Of a stretch of 64,000 nucleotides of DNA, positions 56,902 through 64,000 are shown piece after piece. The stretch's first letter is position 1. Each line of letters opens with the position of its first letter. The stretch is from a virus, in the IMG/VR virus record IMGVR_UViG_3300046733_001096, positions 1 to 64,000 of that record; one strand, given 5' to 3'. A program made the translations under genes and the position numbers. The notes below the pieces were generated by a model. The model saw only the letters and a list, made by a program, of their open reading frames with translations, made no database searches and was not told the DNA's origin.

Positions 56902-58908
56902 TTACATTGACCATCTTTTTATTGTATAACTAATCTCAGTTGTATAAGTTGCATCCTGTACAAAGTGTATTATTAATTCATCATTTTCAACTTTAACATC
57001 AAATGTAATGTTAGAAAATTCTAACTCAGGTGCTACTGGTGGAGCAGGAACAGCAGGTGGTGTAGGATATAATGGATTAGGATACATTTCTGCTATATTA
57101 TCAGCATTAAGATCCTGCCATAATTCTGTACTTTCATCTGTTAACTTAACTTGATTTACACCGTGTGGATAACCATTAATTACTTTCATAGTTCCTGTAC
57201 GTAAGAATAAATTTCCTTCTACTGTACTTTCTTGCTTTAATGAATAATCAATAAAGAAAGTACTACATAATTCATAATGATATTTTAAGAATGCATCTTC
57301 AGTTATTTCAAATGTTTTCTTAAATAAACTAGAACGTTTGCCGCTATGGTGGGAATGTGATGATAGGTGTTGATCTGCGAATATTTGATTATATGTATTC
57401 TCAGTCAATACTTCTAAATTTTTGCGGGACCTTGCATAAAATGGCGCAGTAAATTCTGGGATTTCAATAAAACCAACATTTGTAGTATCAGCATAGTCAA
57501 CATCTGATGGACTACCAACTAATGACTTTGTATAATAATATGCTCTATGTGTATTACTATAATCATATAGAGTATAATCATTTGAACCTGGTTGATCTTT
57601 TTCTTTAATATAAATTGTAGCAAGTCCAACTTCGGATGTTTCCGGTTCTGCGTATACTAACTGATAGTCTAATGTATTTAGAACTGCGATTGCCTCAGTT
57701 CTATAAGTTGGTAAAGTAGTATCATCATATCTATAATAGTTATTAATTTCTTCTATTGTCATCGAAGACAAATCAGAACCAAGCGGAACAGTTGCAACTC
57801 TAGGAGATAGTAAATCAAACTCTGATAACACAAGTGATAACCCATTCTGTATATCTCTGCTATAATCTATATAGTAATCACCATTTACAAGTTGTGATCC
57901 ATCACTTCGTAGTGATGGCGTTGAAAGTGGAGTTATATCCAAGTCCTGTGTTTCAATATCAGTTGTGTGAAATTGAAAATCTTGATCACCTGTTCCCAGA
58001 TGTTGCCATTCTCCTGCATCACTTCTATGCCAATAAGTAACTCTGTCCGGTCCAGTAATAACTGCAACATCACCATTTGCGCCGAGACCAGAATCTGGCT
58101 GAGACGGCGTTGTTGTGTAGTCTATGCTTGCGTTTAATGGATGATAATCAAGAATGTGATCTATGACCTCTGGTACCCATTCAGTATTATCCCACTTGAA
58201 TAATCCAAAATTTGATTTATTCATATAAGTTGAATTATCATTGGGAGCAATATCCTGTGACGGCATCGCATCATTGTGTTTCATATATAAGGAAGTTACA
58301 GTTACATCTCTTACAGAATCGTATGTTACAGATGTTATAGTGCCTTGTGTATAATCTTCAACACCAATAACTTCTAATACTTCGCCATCTCCATTTAATG
58401 GACCAAGTGCAAGCGATGTAAACTGTACATTAACATCATTTGATGCGGCGCCCATAGTTCTATATTCAGTGTTGCCAATCTTTTTTATAATATATGTTTT
58501 TCCAGGATCAATTTCAGAAGATGGTATTCTGTTATTATCATATTTGTATTCTTTTAGATATACAGTTTCGCCAACTGTAAAATTCACATTGCCTTTCCAT
58601 TCTACATTTTGTAAATAAAAATGCATTGCTTCAATTAAAGAATCAACGTCTTGAATATTTCTTATTACTAAATCTTCATCAATTTTTAAACCAGGTTCAG
58701 GATTATCATCACTATCTAACCAAGTTTGTATAACTGCATGAGCATTTGCAAATGCATCAAATTGAACTTCATCAATTGCATCATCTATGCCAACGAACAA
58801 TTGGTTAGTATCTGTGGTGAAACCCATTTCACCTGTTTCTAATGTATCAACGCCTATTTCCTCACGGAGGCCGCGTCTTAGTAGAATTTTTACGTTTGTT
58901 ATTGCCAT
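56902..58908 (-). CDS. Tail fibre/baseplate structural protein (Mtd-like N-terminus)
   Basis: KILLRRG...LETGEMGFTTDTNQLFVG; late box at 58932. Confidence 0.7.
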   Translation of the reverse strand: MAITNVKILLRRGLREEIGVDTLETGEMGFTTDTNQLFVGIDDAIDEVQFDAFANAHAVIQTWLDSDDNPEPGLKIDEDLVIRNIQDVDSLIEAMHFYLQNVEWKGNVNFTVGETVYLKEYKYDNNRIPSSEIDPGKTYIIKKIGNTEYRTMGAASNDVNVQFTSLALGPLNGDGEVLEVIGVEDYTQGTITSVTYDSVRDVTVTSLYMKHNDAMPSQDIAPNDNSTYMNKSNFGLFKWDNTEWVPEVIDHILDYHPLNASIDYTTTPSQPDSGLGANGDVAVITGPDRVTYWHRSDAGEWQHLGTGDQDFQFHTTDIETQDLDITPLSTPSLRSDGSQLVNGDYYIDYSRDIQNGLSLVLSEFDLLSPRVATVPLGSDLSSMTIEEINNYYRYDDTTLPTYRTEAIAVLNTLDYQLVYAEPETSEVGLATIYIKEKDQPGSNDYTLYDYSNTHRAYYYTKSLVGSPSDVDYADTTNVGFIEIPEFTAPFYARSRKNLEVLTENTYNQIFADQHLSSHSHHSGKRSSLFKKTFEITEDAFLKYHYELCSTFFIDYSLKQESTVEGNLFLRTGTMKVINGYPHGVNQVKLTDESTELWQDLNADNIAEMYPNPLYPTPPAVPAPPVAPELEFSNITFDVKVENDELIIHFVQDATYTTEISYTIKRWSM

Positions 58909-58925
58909 TTCGTGTAACTCCTAGA

Positions 58926-59615
58926 TTACATGTATTTATCAAAATACTCTTGAACCTTAGTAGCCCATAACAATGAATACTTGTCAAATTCTTCACCTTC
59001 TACAACAAACTCTTGATAATTCCCAAGATTATCTGCCTCAGCATCCCACCCAATCATCATAATAACAATAGTGCGGATATCAGTGCCATATAATTCATTA
59101 TGTGCTGCTGCATATGCTGCGCCTTGCAAGAAGTAATCATCAATCCAAGCACGTTTTTTAGGCTTACGAGTTGTTTTGAAATCAATAATTGCTTGTTGTC
59201 CTTTATACACGCCAATACAATCTGCAGTTCCAGCATACAATCCTGGATAGTATAATGGCACTTCAGTTCCCCATACTTCACTGATCTTACTAAGTCCATC
59301 TTTGATAACAATATCTGATAATTCTTTAGCCATCTGATGTATAAGGTTTGATCCACTTGGTCTATCTTCTTCAAGAATAAACTTTTCTAAGTGTAGGTGT
59401 ACTTGTGTGCCAATGCCAGTAGCAAGGTTCATAATACGATTGGCTTCTTCATTTCCGACACGTTTTCGCCATTCATGTAACGCAGTTTTATCCGCAAGTG
59501 CACTCAAAACTGTCGTGACACTTGGCAAGGGCTTACCCTCAGGTGTTTGATAATGACGGGACCCGTCAAGATTGACACGTGATAGGGGAGCATAGGTATA
59601 AGTTTCTTTTAACAT
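58926..59615 (-). CDS. PD-(D/E)XK exonuclease
   Basis: LPSVTTVL, GTQVH..LE, AGTADC, IIDFKT, LQGAAYA. Confidence 0.88.
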   Translation of the reverse strand: MLKETYTYAPLSRVNLDGSRHYQTPEGKPLPSVTTVLSALADKTALHEWRKRVGNEEANRIMNLATGIGTQVHLHLEKFILEEDRPSGSNLIHQMAKELSDIVIKDGLSKISEVWGTEVPLYYPGLYAGTADCIGVYKGQQAIIDFKTTRKPKKRAWIDDYFLQGAAYAAAHNELYGTDIRTIVIMMIGWDAEADNLGNYQEFVVEGEEFDKYSLLWATKVQEYFDKYM

Positions 59616-59682
59616 AGTCTTATTATACTATACTTTCATACAAATTACAAGTCTTTATTTACTATAACACTCCGTTTTCAAG

Positions 59683-59712
59683 AAAAAAGCGTAAGAGAAA
59701 ACCCTTACGCTT
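59683..59712 (-). terminator. Terminator at the end of the head-gene block
   Basis: AAAAAAGCGTAAG-N-CTTACGCTT. Confidence 0.7.
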
Positions 59713-59738
59713 CAATATATTATAATTTTTTAAATTAA

Positions 59739-60221
59739 TTACAAATGTTTTTTTAATTCTTCAATCATAGTTACTTTTGTATGTCTACGATCTAGTTGAA
59801 CGCCTAGATTTTCATCTGCCCATACATCTATTTCCTTCTTAGTCATAGATGTAAAATCAGGAGTAGTTTTTTCTTTTTTATCATTTTTAGTTTCTACTAC
59901 TATACTTGGTGCGGCCATGTCTACTGTAATTGGAGCAACTGTTTCAACTACTGCATCTTTTACTTTTTCTTCAACTGCAACTTGAATTTGTTCTTTTTCA
60001 AGTTTTTCCGCTACAGATGCTGCCTGTGACTCTGCAATTAGTGCAGCATTTTCTCTTGCTGCTTTATTTGCAAGTGTCTCTCTGCGTCTTTCTGCGACTT
60101 CTGGAGATAACGTTTTCAAAACTTCTTCAGTTGTATTATTCTCAATAGATTTAAGTAAATCCTTCATTTCTTTTTTAGAAACTATTTTCGGTTCTTTACC
60201 GCCTTTAATAATAAGTGGCAT
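59739..60221 (-). CDS. Hypothetical protein with C-terminal HeH/Rho-N-like motif
   Basis: FTSMTKKEI..WA...GVQLD...TK..MIEEL. Confidence 0.55.
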   Translation of the reverse strand: MPLIIKGGKEPKIVSKKEMKDLLKSIENNTTEEVLKTLSPEVAERRRETLANKAARENAALIAESQAASVAEKLEKEQIQVAVEEKVKDAVVETVAPITVDMAAPSIVVETKNDKKEKTTPDFTSMTKKEIDVWADENLGVQLDRRHTKVTMIEELKKHL

Positions 60222-60541
60222 TATTTGATTCTCCTTGATGTTGCTTTAGTAGCGAGTTTTTTTACAGTATCTCTAGAATCATCATCGTTATTTGATGTGG
60301 GGACAAACTCTAGATCAATACTATTTAAACTTGCATTACTAACATATTTACTATTTGATAACATATCAATTAAACTTTCAGCAGTCATTGAATGACCTAA
60401 ATCATTTAATTCACGCACCATTATATCAGTTCCAATGGTATTAATATCATTCGCTTTTAAGCGAACAAGATATACATTTATATCATTAATAAGTTGTGAC
60501 TTATAATTTTCATTTTCGCTTAAAAGTGTTGAAATTTTCAT
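60221..60541 (-). CDS. Probable head protein
   Basis: MKISTLLSE leader. Confidence 0.55.
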   Translation of the reverse strand: MKISTLLSENENYKSQLINDINVYLVRLKANDINTIGTDIMVRELNDLGHSMTAESLIDMLSNSKYVSNASLNSIDLEFVPTSNNDDDSRDTVKKLATKATSRRIK

Positions 60542-60545
60542 ATTA

Positions 60546-61700
60546 TTATCTCTTTGCTCTGCCTAGAGGTTCATCATCAGGTCCAGATGCTGCCTCATCA
60601 CCACCTGCAAAATCTACTTCGACATCATCTTCAAAATCATCTTGCATATCACCGCCGATTACATCACCAGCAGACATATCATCTGATGGTTTTTCGCCAT
60701 TTAAAACCAAAACTGCATCATTTACAGCATCTTTTGTTGAACGTGCTTGTCCAAGTAATCCTGCTACTGCATCGTTCACTGCGTCTTTAAATGCTGCTGC
60801 ACTGTCTGCACCGTGTGAATATGCCATTTCGTCCGTAAGTGGACCAAGTTGATCGTTTTGTAGTTTACCTAATTTTTCAATCATATCCTGTAGTTCATCT
60901 ACCATACCACGTGCCGCCATCAGAACTTCTGCTTCTGCTGCATCACTTTCAAGCAACGTATTAAGTTGTGCAAGTAGGCCTTCTTCTAATTTTTCTCTTT
61001 TCATTGTATATTCCTTTGGCTCTTCATATGAATTTTCATATTTTGTAGCATTATTTTCATATGATGGCACATCGCCTTCATTTGCTTTTTCTGCTTTAGC
61101 TGCATGTACTGCTTTACGCTGTGCGTCAGACTTATATTTGCCTTCAGTTGCTACTTTTTCTTCAATGACTTCGTAATCGCCGCCTGATGATGCAGATTTC
61201 ATTACTGCGGCGTCTTGTGCTTCTTTACGGGTTTTATATGTTTTATCTGATACGCCATATCCACGTGTTTTGTCACGGATTTTAAAGCCCTCTGATACTG
61301 ATTCATTCTTTAAGAATGCTGGCTTATCATCTTTGGTGCCCATCTTGCCATCTTTGCCGGCATCCATTGGCATCTTATCTGATTTGGCTTTCTTCTTAGC
61401 CGGCGCTTTGCCTTTTTTCTTTGCATCTTGATATGCTTTTAAACCTGCTGGTAATTCACCTTCTGCAACGTGTGCTTTTAGTAGTGATTTGATTGTTTCA
61501 ATCATAAGCATGTTTTCGACATATGCACGATCCTGATGGTCTGCTGTCATTTCACGCTTTTGTGCTTCTAATTGTGCTTTCGCTTCTCTTAGTGATTCAA
61601 GATCACCATCTACTTCATAACCAAAGTTGCTTTTCATATACTCATTCATTTTTGAAGAGATAGCAACTGGGTTAGAGTTGTAAAAAATTGTTTTTCTCAT
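60546..61700 (-). CDS. Probable prohead core/scaffold protein
   Basis: Coiled coils, multiple xxE|G sites, acidic C-terminus; late box at 61733. Confidence 0.55.
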   Translation of the reverse strand: MRKTIFYNSNPVAISSKMNEYMKSNFGYEVDGDLESLREAKAQLEAQKREMTADHQDRAYVENMLMIETIKSLLKAHVAEGELPAGLKAYQDAKKKGKAPAKKKAKSDKMPMDAGKDGKMGTKDDKPAFLKNESVSEGFKIRDKTRGYGVSDKTYKTRKEAQDAAVMKSASSGGDYEVIEEKVATEGKYKSDAQRKAVHAAKAEKANEGDVPSYENNATKYENSYEEPKEYTMKREKLEEGLLAQLNTLLESDAAEAEVLMAARGMVDELQDMIEKLGKLQNDQLGPLTDEMAYSHGADSAAAFKDAVNDAVAGLLGQARSTKDAVNDAVLVLNGEKPSDDMSAGDVIGGDMQDDFEDDVEVDFAGGDEAASGPDDEPLGRAKR

Positions 61701-61762
61701 GGTATTTGCCCCAATACATTAAGTTATATTATGTATTTATCTTTTTAGTTTCATTTTCTAAT

Positions 61763-62389
61763 TTACTTAATTGACTCATATATAGATTTAATACTACGTT
61801 TAGCACTTCCTGCTTCTGATTTTGCTCTAGTAAATCTAGCCTCAGCAATATCCATTTTACTAATATCTTTACGCTTTTTTGCTTTTGCATATGTATCTTT
61901 ATATTGAATTGCATCAAAATAGAACTGCTCAAATATAGCATTAGCTGCCATTATTTTTGTTAACTCCGGTGAGTTTATTTTTTTACCAGAATTCATATGT
62001 TTCGTAATAACATATGCAGTCTCATATAAACAAATGTTCTCAAATAATGTATCGTTTGAACGATGGTCTCTGATATCATAAAACCCGTCATCTGTTTTTT
62101 CAACACTAAACATTCCTACTTTTACACCGTTTAGTGTCTTCGTAGACTCATTCATTGTTGTTGCAACCTTTTTACTAACATTTGCACTTGCATTATTAAA
62201 TGCACTCATAATGTTTTCCATTGCTTTGATATCCGCAGTTTTGACACCGTGTGATACATCAATATGCCCAGAATCTTCCATTACTTGTTTTTCATGGGCG
62301 ACTTGTTCTTTTAATGCAGTTTTGTCACCGTTAAGTGCCTTCATTAAATTAGACATTGCATTCACATCTTGTTTACTAGGTGCTGTCAT
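61763..62389 (-). CDS. Hypothetical (head region) protein
   Basis: RBS GGAGG; late operon. Confidence 0.6.
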   Translation of the reverse strand: MTAPSKQDVNAMSNLMKALNGDKTALKEQVAHEKQVMEDSGHIDVSHGVKTADIKAMENIMSAFNNASANVSKKVATTMNESTKTLNGVKVGMFSVEKTDDGFYDIRDHRSNDTLFENICLYETAYVITKHMNSGKKINSPELTKIMAANAIFEQFYFDAIQYKDTYAKAKKRKDISKMDIAEARFTRAKSEAGSAKRSIKSIYESIK

Positions 62390-62400
62390 TTTGTCCTCCG

Positions 62401-62595
62401 TTAGTTGACTCTATATCCACGTAGTGTTGGTACTAACACGCCCTTATGTACTAATTTATCAGCAATAATTACTGAGCGGTCACTTAATTGAGATTCATTA
62501 ACGTATTCATTTTCTGAAAAAAACTGGTTTAATAAATCACTTTCTTCTTCGGTGATCATAACATAAATGCCACCTAAAACTTCTTGTAATTTCAT
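62401..62595 (-). CDS. Small hypothetical protein
   Basis: RBS AGGAG. Confidence 0.55.
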   Translation of the reverse strand: MKLQEVLGGIYVMITEEESDLLNQFFSENEYVNESQLSDRSVIIADKLVHKGVLVPTLRGYRVN

Positions 62596-62607
62596 TTTAA
62601 ACTCCTT

Positions 62608-63159
62608 TTATTTATTGAGTTTATTTAATAGACTTCTAAACTGTTGTGCTGTTTTTGGATCATTGGCAAGTGCACTAACAGACTTAGCTTGCTGTGACAT
62701 TGCAAAACGCTGAACAGGTGTTAATACTTTGCCTTGTTCGGCTCTATCTAGTGCTTTCGCTGCTTGTTGGCCGCTAATGCCGCCCAAAGCTTTCTTGCCC
62801 AATCGTTGCATTGCTTGTGCTTTCTTTGACATTGTAGAAGGATCAGCATCTGCATCTGGCTGTTGTTGTGCTTGAGCCTGCTGCACGCCCTTCATTTCAC
62901 CTGGTGTTAATGAAGTACGAGTTCCTTGTGATCCTGTCGAATAGGCTTCATCAATACTAAGACCCAGAACCTCTTTAGCGACATCTTCGTTTCTATCACG
63001 TAATGCCCTCATTAATTCAACATACTTACCAAAATCAAGAGTTTTCATTCGTTTACGGACATCATCATCGCTCGATCCAACTAAATCTGCGATACCAGTC
63101 AATCTTGTATTATAAGTTTCAGTGACCATTGCGTTTTCTATACTATCTTTTAATCCCAT
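62608..63159 (-). CDS. Hypothetical (head region) protein
   Basis: Gln/Ala-rich; late operon. Confidence 0.55.
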   Translation of the reverse strand: MGLKDSIENAMVTETYNTRLTGIADLVGSSDDDVRKRMKTLDFGKYVELMRALRDRNEDVAKEVLGLSIDEAYSTGSQGTRTSLTPGEMKGVQQAQAQQQPDADADPSTMSKKAQAMQRLGKKALGGISGQQAAKALDRAEQGKVLTPVQRFAMSQQAKSVSALANDPKTAQQFRSLLNKLNK

Positions 63160-63166
63160 TATTTCT

Positions 63167-63451
63167 CTACCTATTCAGCATTTTTAAGCGTTTACTTGCT
63201 GGATTCATTCGCTTAGTCATTTTTGATTTTCGTGCCATACGAGAACCCATTTTTGCTTTAGTTTTTGCTAATGTAAATCGTTTCTTAACATTCACTGGCT
63301 TAAAACATGCAGTAGGATTAGCAACTGTCTTACCTTTTAATCTACCAGATGAACAACGATATTTACGTACTACCTTTTTACCACTACGGGCATAAACAAG
63401 TTTTGCTTCATAAAACTCTTCATCAGTTGTTACAATTTCTTCTATAAGCAT
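63167..63451 (-). CDS. Basic probable prohead core protein with acidic propeptide
   Basis: MLIEEIVTTDEEFYE followed by a highly basic domain. Confidence 0.6.
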   Translation of the reverse strand: MLIEEIVTTDEEFYEAKLVYARSGKKVVRKYRCSSGRLKGKTVANPTACFKPVNVKKRFTLAKTKAKMGSRMARKSKMTKRMNPASKRLKMLNR

Positions 63452-63699
63452 TATATCACCTTAAACACAGAAGTCAATAGTGCAATTAGCAATGTACCAA
63501 ATAATGTTGAACTTGCCCATACAACTATCTTTTTTAACTCTGTAAATTGTTCCTTTGTATCTAATGTTTGACGTTCTACTAATGTTTCTAACCGCCTAAT
63601 TGAATCATCTAATTTCTTAAATCGTTCATGATTAACTGCTACATGAGTTTCTAAACTCTGCATCTCAAGTGCTGCTAATTGCGGTTCATTTATAGACAT
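63451..63699 (-). CDS. Coiled-coil protein with C-terminal TM
   Basis: RBS GGAG; late box at 63725. Confidence 0.6.
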   Translation of the reverse strand: MSINEPQLAALEMQSLETHVAVNHERFKKLDDSIRRLETLVERQTLDTKEQFTELKKIVVWASSTLFGTLLIALLTSVFKVI

Positions 63700-63762
63700 C
63701 GTTCTTCTCCACTAAATGTTATATGTATTTATCATTTTAGTTTAGAAGAATTATCCACATAT

Positions 63763-63791
63763 AAAAAAAACCCAGTAAAACTGGGTTTTTT
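63763..63791. terminator. Bidirectional intrinsic terminator
   Basis: A8-CCCAG-TAAAA-CTGGG-T6. Confidence 0.8.
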
Positions 63792-63891
63792 CTTTACATT
63801 CACTGCTTAATGGGGTATCTCCACATTCTATTTCATTATGCGAATGATTCCAAGACCATACTAGGTAGTGGGCGCTCATTAGAATGTAGAT

Positions 63892-63999
63892 TTATAGTAG
63901 TTCTGACATCTCAAATTCCATTGTGATAGGATCAATTGGCACACCATCAATATCTACACCGTAGAATATTTCTTTAAGTAATGCGACATTATCGCCACT
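63892..63999 (-). CDS. 3' end of a CDS entering from beyond the window
   Basis: ...SGDNVALLKEIFYGVDIDGVPIDPITMEFEMSELL-stop. Confidence 0.45.
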   Translation of the reverse strand, partial: SGDNVALLKEIFYGVDIDGVPIDPITMEFEMSELL

Positions 64000-64000
64000 A

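Noticed and set aside
63795-63890. Hammerhead ribozyme (CUAAUGA...GAAA)
   Set aside because: The core deviates from CUGANGA and I could not build stem III with a cleavage triplet.
1-64000. CRISPR array, rRNA, tRNA genes, transposases, alternative genetic code
   Set aside because: None seen by eye. Recognisable genes are intact under the standard code, with TAA, TAG and TGA all used as stops.

Overview
AT-rich, gene-dense 64-kb segment of a large T4-like/jumbo tailed phage. Its likely host is a marine alphaproteobacterium (Rhodobacterales/Roseobacter-like), inferred from a two-piece alphaproteobacterial-type tmRNA, Rhodobacter-like AtpE, FdxA, a corrinoid protein, a porin, a DUF1127 gene and GANTC-containing promoters. 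Most genes lie on the minus strand. Contents: tail fibres at both ends (Mtd-like N-termini, LamG), PAAR, probable prohead/internal head proteins, a GH19 endolysin, SleB, nucleotide-metabolism and repair genes (guaC, DHFR, MazG, UvsE, exonucleases), and a translation/proteostasis module (ClpX, IF3, bS21, Hsp20, ClpS, PepA, tmRNA, GreA). The most unusual items are: (1) a plus-strand small-protein operon (49.3-50.6 kb) with DUF1127 and an ATP-synthase c-subunit whose F1-coupling loop is rewired, behind a LysR-type promoter and a structured leader; (2) a cluster of a desaturase, six Fe/2OG-type oxygenases (one with a halogenase-like HxA motif), a GNAT-like protein, an SDR and ferredoxin; (3) early promoters carrying the GcrA-preferred TGATTCG site at a fixed position; (4) probable capsid-packaged enzymes (GNAT, ART-like, kinase) sharing a cleavable N-terminal signal. 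All family assignments come from motif recognition by eye; no database searches were run.
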